Assembly (NCBI GenBank): GCA_016186435.1
Contig: JACPLQ010000001.1
Span: forward strand, 1 to 59,212
From: Candidatus Nomurabacteria bacterium
Lineage (GTDB): Bacteria; Patescibacteriota; Minisyncoccia; Phycocordibacterales; UBA9973
Direction of reading: 5' to 3'
DNA length: 59,212 nt
A program made the translations under genes and the position numbers. Below the pieces are notes generated by a model, which did not search any database, was not told the DNA's origin, and saw only the letters and a program-made list of their open reading frames with translations. Below are positions 1 through 8,063 of this stretch, piece by piece. How positions within the stretch are numbered: the stretch's first letter is position 1; each line of letters begins with the position of its first letter.

Positions 1-2455
1 GGAGAATGCTTGGGTCACCTGCCACCTCTTCACGACTCGGTATACCGAAATAGTAATTTTGTTCCATGGGTGGTAAGTCCTGCAAATCGTCTAAGTCGCC
101 TTCGACCAGTGCATCGCGTAGGTCTTCTGCGGTCAAGTCCAAAAATGGCAAAGATAGGAGATTCCTTGGTTTTTTTACCCTGTTTATATTTTCTGCTGTA
201 TGCACATCGTCAATATCAAGAAAATGAGCAGGCTGTTTCCAGAATTGTATTACAGCTTCAGTAGATATATTGGGATGAAAAGCAAGTTTTTCCACAAAAG
301 CGCGCAGGCGCGGAGAAATATCGCCTTGATTCAATTCATCCATAATTTTCGTGCGTCCCAGAAGCTGGTTAACTTCGTAAAGTTTTTTTAGGTTTTTCCA
401 ACTGAAAAATGATTGTCCACTTTCTACATCTTTTGCTAATTCCTGTAAAGTTTCTACATTGGAATATTTTTGTATCTTTTGAATAATTTCTTGCGGAGAA
501 GTTTTTTCCAGTGCAGTGCTTACCGTTGCAAAGAAATGATGGGCTGAATTGCCTTCGTAGAGTGCGCCGTCCTTAGCGACCTGAAGGAGTATGTTACTAC
601 CAAATTGCGCAGGCGTGAGTCCGCTTTGTTCTTGAAGCTTTAAAATTGTCGGTATAAAATAGAGCGCATCGTGACGGGAGAGATCCGGCCGATTCATATA
701 CTGAAGCATCGTTTCAGAGCCAAAGCGCTCGACCCCGAGTTTCAAAAAGTCTGCAATGGTATTATCTTCACCTTCGGTTCGTAGAAGTTTTTCGAGTTCT
801 TCTATAATAAGTTTTGGGCTTGCTTCCGGACCCTCAAAAGCTGGGTTAGCTAAATTTATATTCAAATATTCTTGAGGAGATAAAGGAGTATCTAAGCGTG
901 CAGTAAGAGCTTGTATAGCTAATTCATCATTATTTTTATCCTCAGATAGCAAGTAGTTATAGGCAAATTCTTTAAATTCCTTACTACTTACTATTTGCCT
1001 AGGAATTGAATCAAAATCAAGAGCATTCATTACTTCGTGTATGAATGGTGTATCGTCTAGAGTAAAATCACTCCTAGCAACAAGCCCCTCTTGATTATTA
1101 AGAGCAAAAATAGTGCCTAACTTAGCATCAAAATGTGCTTGAAATGTCTCGCTCAGTGCTAAAATTGTACCAAAATCTTTTCTTCGTACCAATAAAACTA
1201 CACCTTCCTTGATTGCAGTTTGTACTTCTGGAGATTTTTCAAATTCATCATCATAGAGATCAAATTCGTCATTAGTATATAACATTACAGCGCGACTACC
1301 GTCATGTTTTAAAATATTTATTATTGACTTTCGAGCTACTTCTTTTACTTGAGAAATATTTTGCAGATCACTACGCTCACTAAGAAACTTAAATCCTCTG
1401 ATATTATTTTCATAGTCCTCACTATTAAATAAAAACAAAAGAATTTTTTTAATAAGCGATTCATTCCTGGGAATTTGGTTTATAAATTTTAGGACTTCAT
1501 CAAAATTGCTTTTTTGTAATAAATTATCTAAATATCCTTCCAAGCCGATTTTAAAAACATTTAAGTCTTTGGCTGATGCGTGATGAGTAAATTGTCTCTG
1601 TTCGTCACCATAACCATATTGGAAACACTGTTGTGCCAAACCAATCGCTTTTTCTTTGACCTTTTCTGATTGTAACGTATCTCGTGTTAGAAAATTATGT
1701 GTAAAAAACATAACATCGTCATAAGAGCGTCCTTTTAAAAAAATAAATAATGTATGCGTAAGATTTTTTTGAATTTCAGGAGACTCAAGGAAGTCGTTTT
1801 GTAGATTGAATAATTTTAAGAGTTCTAATACTAAAGGTTTTGGTCCTAAAAAAAATTTATCAGTTACCATGGACGTAGCGATGTCAGAGATAATATTTTT
1901 AAAATCTTCTATAAATCTTTGTGAGTAAAAAAAATTTTCACAAATTTCTTTTTCTATCCATGCCTTCTCATGTGTTCTGGATTCGAAATTATGACACCAG
2001 AAGTTTGGAAATTCAAGATACGACAGCATTCTTTCTTCTGCGGCTTTCTGTAATATATCTTTCGGAAGTTGTATTTGATTTTTAAATTCAATAATTGCCT
2101 CGTGAGAGTCACATCTACGAATACCTTTTATCATTGAAACGCTAAATTTTTCATAGGATTTAATTATTTCATCAGAAATACCAAATTTATTTCTAATAGT
2201 CAACGCAGAGCCGAGCTCCCCAGAATTAACGAGATTATAGAAACCATTTATAGCGGCAATTTGAGCTTCTGGCGAACGAAGGAAATTTTCACTTAAGTGA
2301 TCAAGGGCTGAATCAGACACCTTTCCATAGTTTAATAAGTGAATGACATGAAGTTCCTCTGCTTCATTGTAATTTTTTACCCCTCTATACTTTACTATGT
2401 TCTTTATTTCTTCAGCTTCTTTCTGCGCTTGTTCTAATGAATATCGTTCTTTCAT
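1..2455 (-). CDS. large hypothetical protein (>818 aa); its C-terminal part runs off the left window edge and it is absent from the supplied ORF track
   Basis: Manual minus-strand translation from the ATG at 2455-2453 (MKERYSLEQAQKEAEEIKNIVKYRGVKNYNEAEELHVIHLL...) stays open to base 2 (...GIPSREEVAGDPSIL). No other ORF of 60 aa or more is listed between 392 and 2544. No domain recognised by eye. Confidence 0.7.
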   Translation of the reverse strand, partial: MKERYSLEQAQKEAEEIKNIVKYRGVKNYNEAEELHVIHLLNYGKVSDSALDHLSENFLRSPEAQIAAINGFYNLVNSGELGSALTIRNKFGISDEIIKSYEKFSVSMIKGIRRCDSHEAIIEFKNQIQLPKDILQKAAEERMLSYLEFPNFWCHNFESRTHEKAWIEKEICENFFYSQRFIEDFKNIISDIATSMVTDKFFLGPKPLVLELLKLFNLQNDFLESPEIQKNLTHTLFIFLKGRSYDDVMFFTHNFLTRDTLQSEKVKEKAIGLAQQCFQYGYGDEQRQFTHHASAKDLNVFKIGLEGYLDNLLQKSNFDEVLKFINQIPRNESLIKKILLFLFNSEDYENNIRGFKFLSERSDLQNISQVKEVARKSIINILKHDGSRAVMLYTNDEFDLYDDEFEKSPEVQTAIKEGVVLLVRRKDFGTILALSETFQAHFDAKLGTIFALNNQEGLVARSDFTLDDTPFIHEVMNALDFDSIPRQIVSSKEFKEFAYNYLLSEDKNNDELAIQALTARLDTPLSPQEYLNINLANPAFEGPEASPKLIIEELEKLLRTEGEDNTIADFLKLGVERFGSETMLQYMNRPDLSRHDALYFIPTILKLQEQSGLTPAQFGSNILLQVAKDGALYEGNSAHHFFATVSTALEKTSPQEIIQKIQKYSNVETLQELAKDVESGQSFFSWKNLKKLYEVNQLLGRTKIMDELNQGDISPRLRAFVEKLAFHPNISTEAVIQFWKQPAHFLDIDDVHTAENINRVKKPRNLLSLPFLDLTAEDLRDALVEGDLDDLQDLPPMEQNYYFGIPSREEVAGDPSIL

Positions 2456-2694
2456 AATAAAATTATAAGTTAAATAAATGCCTATGTCCAACCCGCCCGC
2501 ATCCCTACTACAGAATCCTTGTAAATGTGGATAACCCTTAATCCTCAACGATTTTGGCATTTGAATTTCTTGAATTTCCGTATTTTAGATATCTTTAACT
2601 TTTTCTGCATACTAATAGACACACTAAGTCTAGATAAGTGAGGTAGTAAGGACAGTCCTGCACTGTACTTGCTACAGTCCTTGCTATACATAGG

Positions 2695-2722
2695 CACTCG
2701 GGTCACCCCGATACTAAATTGT
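2695..2722. repeat. direct repeat copy A (cactcgggtcaccccgatactaaattgt), paired with 3944-3970
   Basis: Hand alignment with cactcgggtcttccgatactaaattgt at 3944-3970. Each copy lies immediately 3' (minus-strand sense) of a tRNA 3' end. Confidence 0.8.
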
Positions 2723-2724
2723 GT

Positions 2725-2748
2725 TGGCGGTGGCGGGCGGATTCGAAC
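2725..2748 (-). pseudogene. tRNA 3'-end remnant (T-loop, 3' T-stem, acceptor 3' strand and CCA only)
   Basis: The minus strand reads GTTCGAATCCGCCCGCCACCGCCA. The preceding bases (CGAGTA) cannot pair as the 5' T-stem, and no D arm or anticodon arm lies upstream. Confidence 0.6.
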
Positions 2749-2882
2749 TACTCGGGTCGCACCTCTCGGGCGTCTTCTGAAATATAGGTTTTTTGAAAGA
2801 TATTTTTTCTTTGCAATCAAAGCTTGCTTTTATTTGCTTAATCTAATATAATCTCCTATAGCTAGTGTATTAGATTAGCAAT

Positions 2883-3938
2883 ATGAATTACAATAAACAC
2901 ATACAAAATATACCACAAAATCTGTGGGCAGTCATCAATAAAATTGACGAGCTGAAGGGCCGGTGGATTGGCGGAGCAGAAATAAATCCGCAGGCGCTTG
3001 GACGATTAAAGCGTTCTGTTTTAATCACTTCCACTGGAGCCTCAACTCGCATAGAGGGAGCGAAACTTTCAGACGAAGATATTGAGAAAATGATGCACGG
3101 ACTTTCCATGCAAAAATTCGCGGATCGGGACAGGCAAGAAGTTCAAGGATATTACGAATTGCTCAACAATGTTTTTAACTCCTATGACAAAATTCCTTTT
3201 TCAGAAAGTAGTATTCAGCACCTTCATAAAGAACTTTTAAAATATGTCAAAAAAGACGAACTGCATCGGGGTGAATACAAAAAAACGGAAAACAGAGTTG
3301 AGATGATAAATGAAGTCGGTGAGTCTGTCGGAGTATTGTTTGATACCACGCCTGCCTGGCTCACACCAAAGGAAATGCAGGAGTTGATAGAATGGACCAA
3401 AGAAGCTCTTGTTCCAAAAGAAATTCATCCACTATTGGTTATTGCTAATTTTCTTGTAGAATTTTTAAACATTCATCCGTTCCAAGACGGTAATGGGCGA
3501 CTTTCTCGTGTACTCACAAATATGTTAATGTTAAAAGCTGGCTACGCATATATGCCATATGTTTCGCATGAGAAGTTGGTTGAGGATAACAAAGCCGAAT
3601 ATTATGTAGCTCTCCGAAAAAGTCAGAAAACTTTAAGAACAGAAAATCAGAATATTACTCCGTGGCTGGAATTCTTTTTCAATATTATACTTACCCAAGC
3701 AAAACAAGCGATTGAATTATTGTCAAAAGAAAATATTGAGAAACTTCTCTCACCAAAACAGCTTTTGGTCTGGCAATACCTTCAAAAAGTTACAGAAGCA
3801 ACCCCAGGAGAAATTTCAAAAGCTACCAAAGTTGCCCGTCCAACCGTATCACAAGCGCTCAATACTCTTTTGCGCTTAAAAAAGACGGAACGAATCGGAC
3901 AAGGACGAACGACGAGGTATAGAAAGAAAGAAAATTAA
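2883..3938 (+). CDS. Fic family protein (AMPylase type) with a C-terminal winged-helix domain
   Basis: Canonical Fic motif HPFQDGNGRLSR. An N-terminal inhibitory-helix-like motif STRIEG fits (S/T)xxxE(G/N). The C-terminal segment LLVWQYLQKVTEATPGEISKATKVARPTVSQALNTL looks like a wHTH. Confidence 0.9.
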   Translation: MNYNKHIQNIPQNLWAVINKIDELKGRWIGGAEINPQALGRLKRSVLITSTGASTRIEGAKLSDEDIEKMMHGLSMQKFADRDRQEVQGYYELLNNVFNSYDKIPFSESSIQHLHKELLKYVKKDELHRGEYKKTENRVEMINEVGESVGVLFDTTPAWLTPKEMQELIEWTKEALVPKEIHPLLVIANFLVEFLNIHPFQDGNGRLSRVLTNMLMLKAGYAYMPYVSHEKLVEDNKAEYYVALRKSQKTLRTENQNITPWLEFFFNIILTQAKQAIELLSKENIEKLLSPKQLLVWQYLQKVTEATPGEISKATKVARPTVSQALNTLLRLKKTERIGQGRTTRYRKKEN

Positions 3939-3943
3939 GAGAC

Positions 3944-3970
3944 CACTCGGGTCTTCCGATACTAAATTGT
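3944..3970. repeat. direct repeat copy B, paired with 2695-2722
   Basis: See 2695-2722. It also contains a short hairpin (agacc/ggtct) that could terminate both fic (+) and tRNA-Ser (-). Confidence 0.8.
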
Positions 3971-3975
3971 CTCTG

Positions 3976-4060
3976 CGGAGGGTAGGAGATTCGGACTCCT
4001 GATGGATTGCTCCATACGTCGTTTCCAACGACGCGCACTAGACCGCTATGCGAACCCTCC
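3976..4060 (-). tRNA. tRNA-Ser(GGA), class II with a long variable arm; no encoded CCA
   Basis: Hand fold: acceptor GGAGGGT/ACCCTCC, anticodon arm CGTCG-TTGGAAA-CGACG, variable arm ATGGA/TCCAT, T arm AGGAG-TCCGAAT-CTCCT. Note C at position 55. Confidence 0.8.
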
Positions 4061-4196
4061 GTACCTTAATAATCTAACCTATTTTTGCTAAAAAGAAAGC
4101 GATACGGTTCCGGTTGCCAAATTCAAACAAGGTAGTAGAATGAAAAAAAGACGAACATTTGGGCACTTTTTCATTATAAATTAACCACAAAATGCC

Positions 4197-4832
4197 ATGA
4201 AAACAAAAATTTTTAGCATTTTATTTCTCGGCGCGGTATTTTTTTGGGCTGGCGACGCCCTAGCCAACAACAGTAATTTCTATACCGGCAACGTCTGCAA
4301 TTTCACTCGCGACATGGGACCGGGCACTTGGGGTGAAGACGTTCGCTGTCTCCAGCAATATTTGAGCGCGGCCGTGTACGGCGGTTCCGGCTACTACGGT
4401 ATGCCCTACCAGAACTATCTCATTGCGGACGGCTTTTTCGGTTCCATGACCGCGCAGGCGGTCATGCAATGGCAGAGAAGTCAAAGCCTTCAGGCTTCGG
4501 GGTATTTCGATGCCGCGTCGCGAGCAAAATATTTTGAGCTGATGGGCGGCTACGGCGGGACTGGCGGCGGAGGTTTCTACGGCATAAATCCGGAAGAAGA
4601 TCGGGCCCGACAAAAGATAGACGAAGCGCTCCGGATGATGGAAGACGCGCGGGACGAGATTGACGATTCCAATCGTAACACAAGTGACGCCGAGGATAGT
4701 TTGGAAGATGCCGAGGACGACATGCTGGACGCGGTGCACGAGTTCTTCGTGAATCGGGATTTTTCGGAAGCGTATGATTTGGCGCGAGACGCGGAAGATT
4801 TGGCGCAGGATGCCATTGACGAGGTGAACTAA
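4197..4832 (+). CDS. secreted protein with a peptidoglycan-binding (PG_binding_1-like) domain and an acidic C-terminal helix
   Basis: Signal peptide MKTKIFSILFLGAVFFWAGDALA. The segment GEDVRCLQQYL...DGFFGSMTAQAVMQWQ...GYFD is typical of PG-binding repeats. It is more GC-rich than its flanks. Confidence 0.6.
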   Translation: MKTKIFSILFLGAVFFWAGDALANNSNFYTGNVCNFTRDMGPGTWGEDVRCLQQYLSAAVYGGSGYYGMPYQNYLIADGFFGSMTAQAVMQWQRSQSLQASGYFDAASRAKYFELMGGYGGTGGGGFYGINPEEDRARQKIDEALRMMEDARDEIDDSNRNTSDAEDSLEDAEDDMLDAVHEFFVNRDFSEAYDLARDAEDLAQDAIDEVN

Positions 4833-4896
4833 AGAGAAATTAAACTACATATTGTTTAGTCAGGACAAAAATCGGGAGATTTGCTAAAATATCCCA

Positions 4897-5817
4897 GTGG
4901 ACGCGCAGACGGTTTTAACTGTTTTGTTTGGAATAATTGTGACGGGATTTCTAATTTTAGATCTCGGTTTTTTCAATCGCCAGAGCCATAAAATAGAATT
5001 TAAACCCGCGCTATATCAGTCTATATTCTGGATAGCTATATCTTTGGTATTCGGATTTCTGATTTATTTATTTATCGGCAAGGTGATGGCGGTGGAGTTT
5101 TTGAGCGCTTATGTTACCGAAAAAATGCTTTCCGTGGACAACCTTTTCGTCATCATGCTTCTCTTTAGCTATTTCAAACTGGAAGAAAAATATCACCACC
5201 GAGCGCTTTTTTGGGGGATACTCGGCGCGATAGTCTTCCGCGGCGTTTTTATCGTTACCGGCTCGATTATTATTAGCCAGTTCCACTGGGTGCTTTACAT
5301 TTTTGGCGCAATACTTCTTTATACCGGCGTGAAGCTCTTGGCGGAAAAGAAAGAGGAGCATATTGATTTTCGTAAAAGCCGGGTCATCCGCCTGGCGCAT
5401 AAAATTCTGCCTTTTACCGCCAATCACCACGGCGGCAAATTTTTTCTGCGCGAGAATGGCAAATTTTTCTTCACCTCCCTTTTCTTGGTGGTGCTCATGG
5501 TAGAGGCGACCGATATAATTTTTGCAGTGGACTCCATTCCGGCGGTATTCGCCATTTCCCAAAATCTCTTCGTGGTGTTCACCTCTAATATTTTCGCAAT
5601 TCTGGGGTTGCGGGCTCTTTTCTTTCTGATCGAGAACATACTGCACCGCTTTCACCACCTGCAGAAAGGGCTGGCGATAATTCTCGTGTTTATCGGAGCC
5701 AAAATGCTATCCGATATATTCGATATCCATATTTCCTCTTTCGCGTCGTTTGGAGTGATAATGTTCGCGCTGGTCGCATCGATTATTCTTTCGATAATTT
5801 TCCCTAAAAAGATATGA
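4897..5817 (+). CDS. TerC/Alx family integral membrane protein
   Basis: Multi-pass membrane ORF with the TerC-type motif EKMLSVDNLFVIMLLF and a second repeat EATDIIFAVDSIPAVFAI. Confidence 0.8.
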   Translation: MDAQTVLTVLFGIIVTGFLILDLGFFNRQSHKIEFKPALYQSIFWIAISLVFGFLIYLFIGKVMAVEFLSAYVTEKMLSVDNLFVIMLLFSYFKLEEKYHHRALFWGILGAIVFRGVFIVTGSIIISQFHWVLYIFGAILLYTGVKLLAEKKEEHIDFRKSRVIRLAHKILPFTANHHGGKFFLRENGKFFFTSLFLVVLMVEATDIIFAVDSIPAVFAISQNLFVVFTSNIFAILGLRALFFLIENILHRFHHLQKGLAIILVFIGAKMLSDIFDIHISSFASFGVIMFALVASIILSIIFPKKI

Positions 5818-5910
5818 GGTTTGATATATAATGTGATCAATGCTTTCCAAAACTACGTTTGCGCAGGAGTATAAAAAGCTAAACAAAGCCCAAAAAGAGG
5901 CGAATAATTT
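5818..5910 (+). pseudogene. duplicated promoter plus 5' coding remnant of the helicase gene (paralogous to 9054-9145)
   Basis: ggtttgatatataatg...ATG..FAQEYKKLNKAQKEA aligns with ggtttaaggtataatg...ATG..FTEEYKKLNFAQKEA at the true helicase start. Roughly 75-80 percent nt identity by eye. Confidence 0.7.
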
Positions 5911-5944
5911 GACTTCTATTTATAAGTTGTTAATATATACATAT

Positions 5945-6136
5945 ATGACGACTATAACAATTCCCCAAAATTTAATGAACGAAAAAGATTTAATGATTGT
6001 TCCGCGCTCAAAATACGAGAGACTTTTGGCGTATTTAAAGATTATCGGAGAAGATGAAAATTTGTGGCGTAAAACCTCAAGAGATAATTTTTTAAAATCT
6101 TACAATAAGTCAGATATGGTTTATGACGAAATATAA
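5945..6136 (+). CDS. putative antitoxin of the MazF pair
   Basis: A small ORF overlaps the toxin start by 14 nt. The N-terminal motif IPQNLMNEKDLMIVPRSKYERLL is shared with the antitoxin at 15512 (IPKSLAQMGDLMLVPRAEYESFL). The track ORF starts at 5840 inside the helicase remnant; an internal ATG at 5945 is more likely. Confidence 0.6.
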   Translation: MTTITIPQNLMNEKDLMIVPRSKYERLLAYLKIIGEDENLWRKTSRDNFLKSYNKSDMVYDEI

Positions 6137-6446
6137 ATTTGGAGACGTTGTTTTGGTTATTTTTTATCAAACAGATGGCAGTCGAAAACAACGTCCAGCA
6201 TTAGTCGTTCTGGATATCGGAGACGACGATATCACCTTAGCGCCAATCACAACTACTGAAAGAAAAAGCAAGGGAGATTATAAAATAAAAAATTGGGAAC
6301 AATCGGGTTTATTGCTTAGTTCCTGGGTAAGATTGGCGAAAATCTCATGTTTGAGTAAAAATGATATTCATAAAAAACTTGGAACTTTTAGTCGGGAAGA
6401 CAAGAAAGCAGTAGTTTCTGTCTGGCGCAAATTATATAAATTTTGA
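6123..6446 (+). CDS. PemK/MazF family type II toxin
   Basis: KFGDVVLVIFYQTDGSRKQRPALVVLD...LAPITTT matches the MazF/PemK N-terminal SH3-like signature. Confidence 0.75.
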   Translation: MTKYKFGDVVLVIFYQTDGSRKQRPALVVLDIGDDDITLAPITTTERKSKGDYKIKNWEQSGLLLSSWVRLAKISCLSKNDIHKKLGTFSREDKKAVVSVWRKLYKF

Positions 6447-6456
6447 TTCATAAAAT

Positions 6457-6485
6457 TTGACAAAAATGCAGTTTGGGTGTATGAT
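6457..6485 (+). promoter_or_regulatory. sigma-70-type promoter of the DGR target gene (TTGACA, 17 nt, TATGAT)
   Basis: Perfect -35 at 6457-6462 and -10 at 6480-6485. It is followed by a structured leader of about 95 nt and the SD aaggagag. Confidence 0.5.
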
Positions 6486-6582
6486 ATATAAAGATGTGCG
6501 GGAGACACCTGCAACGTTTCCGGCGATTCCGGAATATACCTGTGAGCAACAGGTGAATGTCATTTAAAAAGGAGAGAATCCT

Positions 6583-7200
6583 ATGAACCCGTTCGAGAGG
6601 TTGTTCAAACTCTGGGCCATGATCTGTAAGATGATCATGGACGGCGTGCGCGACGCCGAAGAGGTCGCGAACATTCTGCAGGGCATCGTGGACGGCCCTG
6701 CGAATGTGGCGAAGAAGGTGGTCCGCCGCCTGCGTCTGACCCGCATGCTGTTCGGCGGTGTCGTACTCTCGGCCACGACGGGCCGAGAAGTCGAAACGGC
6801 GAAAGCCGTTTTCGACGGATACTGCGACCCCGCTTTTCTCGAGGGGGCCGAGAATGAGCAGCCGGAAGGCGAGTGCGCGCTCGACGTCGAGGAAATTATG
6901 GTAGATGGAAAGTATCGTCAGATCTTCGGCGGGTTCGGCCGCGACCTCGACGAGCTCGCGATGAGCCGGTCGCGAATCACGGCATTCTGCCGTGACCATC
7001 GCGACAAGCTCCGGGGCGGCGGCTATGGGACTTTCCTCCTCTTCAAGAGGCAGAAGTTCTTCTTCGTTGCCGGCGTGTACGTCGACGACGGCGGCCAGCT
7101 CAACGTGAGCGTCGACCCGCTCTCGCACGACGACGTCTGGTACGCCGAGTTTCAGCTACGCATCGTGGTTCCGCAGTCCCTTGGATCCCCGAGCGCGTAG
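6583..7200 (+). CDS. DGR variable (target) protein, GC-rich, with no signal peptide
   Basis: The C-terminal 39 codons are the VR copy of the downstream TR. GC content is far above its flanks. Confidence 0.85.
   Translation: MNPFERLFKLWAMICKMIMDGVRDAEEVANILQGIVDGPANVAKKVVRRLRLTRMLFGGVVLSATTGREVETAKAVFDGYCDPAFLEGAENEQPEGECALDVEEIMVDGKYRQIFGGFGRDLDELAMSRSRITAFCRDHRDKLRGGGYGTFLLFKRQKFFFVAGVYVDDGGQLNVSVDPLSHDDVWYAEFQLRIVVPQSLGSPSA
7060..7176 (+). repeat. DGR variable region (VR)
   Basis: 117 nt align with 7542-7658. There are 15 mismatches, all at template adenines. Confidence 0.9.
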
Positions 7201-7226
7201 CTCGGGTGCCGGAGGTCACCACCTCC
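7188..7226 (+). promoter_or_regulatory. two GC hairpins just 3' of VR (cccgagc/gctcggg, then GGAGGT-CACC-ACCTCC); candidate DGR target-recognition structure
   Basis: Stems read by hand at 7188-7206 and 7211-7226. The second has a 6-bp GC-rich stem and a 4-nt loop. Confidence 0.5.
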
Positions 7227-7227
7227 C

Positions 7228-7255
7228 GCTGGATGGAAACATCCAGCGTTTTTTA
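7228..7255 (+). terminator. rho-independent terminator of the target gene
   Basis: gctggatg-gaaa-catccagc followed by gttttttatttt. Confidence 0.75.
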
Positions 7256-7272
7256 TTTTGATTCTTTAATAC

Positions 7273-7485
7273 TTAGAAACTTTGTTTCTTAAATTTTTGA
7301 TATACTATATATGCAATTTGGAAATGTCTGCGGTCACGCACTTCAGGCCATGATTGCTTAAAATTTAATTCGAGAGTTTCCGTGGCCAAGGCTTCGGGAA
7401 GAGTGAATTTCTTTTTAAAACAAAAAACATAAAAGTTGGTGGGGTGAGCTCGAGGGGTTATATACCCCCGTATAAAATACAGCAC
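7273..7485 (-). CDS. hypothetical small ORF of doubtful coding status
   Basis: Known only from the ORF track. No motif recognised. Confidence 0.25.
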   Translation of the reverse strand: MLYFIRGYITPRAHPTNFYVFCFKKKFTLPEALATETLELNFKQSWPEVRDRRHFQIAYIVYQKFKKQSF

Positions 7486-7541
7486 AATCTTTCACCTAAA
7501 AAATGTCAGGCTGGCAGTGCCACAGATGGCGCACCCTACAT

Positions 7542-7658
7542 TTCTTCGTTGCCAACGTGAACGTCGACGACAACGGCCAGCTCAACGTGAACGTCAACCC
7601 GCTCTCGAACGACAACGTCTGGAACGCCAAGTATCAGCAACGCATCGTGGTTCCGAAA
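7542..7658 (+). repeat. DGR template repeat (TR), non-coding
   Basis: Adenine-rich copy of VR. In the VR frame it reads ANVNVDDNGQLNVNVNPLSNDNVWNAKYQQRIVVPK (AAC-rich). The track ORF 7517-7759 across it is in another frame and is spurious. Confidence 0.9.
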
Positions 7659-7669
7659 CTATAATGTTT

Positions 7670-7696
7670 CTCCCCGGTTTACTTCGGGGAGTTTTT
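7670..7696. terminator. bidirectional terminator after TR (+) and avd (-)
   Basis: ctccccg-gtttactt-cggggag followed by ttttt. Confidence 0.65.
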
Positions 7697-8062
7697 ATTT
7701 TCCAAATTTTTCTCTATGCCTTTCTTCCAACCGCCGAGCATTCTGCCGATTTCTTCTAATTGCTCCGAGAGAGCAATATATTTTTCATTTTTAACGCATT
7801 TGTTTTCCCAAGCAATCTGCAGGAAAAATTTTACCCCATCTAGCTTTGAAATTGATATAATCAATCTGGGTATTTTTTGGGTAGGAGGCAGATATATAGA
7901 AATGAAAATATTTTCCAATAGTCCGAGAAAATAATCTTCGATTTTTCCACCCAGGATATAGCGGTGCGCCTTCGGAAAGTCGTTGTAAATTTTAAACCAG
8001 AAAGAATAGGCAATTTTTGCTTTTAGAAGCGCCGATGGCGCTGCGGGGGGGGGTCTTAGCAA
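7679..8062 (-). CDS. avd: Avd-like four-helix-bundle DGR accessory protein
   Basis: FPKAHRYILGGKIEDYFLGLLENI...LSEQLEEIGRMLGGWKK resembles the bAvd / S23-IVS family. The start is a TTG, and a G9/C9 tract encodes its PPP at codons 4-6. Confidence 0.75.
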   Translation of the reverse strand: MLRPPPAAPSALLKAKIAYSFWFKIYNDFPKAHRYILGGKIEDYFLGLLENIFISIYLPPTQKIPRLIISISKLDGVKFFLQIAWENKCVKNEKYIALSEQLEEIGRMLGGWKKGIEKNLENKNSPK

Positions 8063-8063
8063 T

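Noticed and set aside
2545-2851. Two overlapping small ORFs on both strands
   Set aside because: They span the tRNA remnant and the direct repeat, and have no coding features.
4833-4896. Possible yybP-ykoY (Mn) riboswitch upstream of the TerC-family gene
   Set aside because: The spacer is only 64 nt and lacks the conserved four-way-junction motifs.
6448-7128. Long minus-strand ORFs (226 aa and 70 aa) antisense to the DGR target gene
   Set aside because: Open frames on the opposite strand are the expected by-product of a GC-rich gene. They have no start context and no motifs, and the sense frame carries the VR.
7517-7759. Track ORF of 80 aa covering the TR
   Set aside because: It is in a different frame from the VR-equivalent reading, it is Arg-rich nonsense, and it runs through the terminator. 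TR is a non-coding template.
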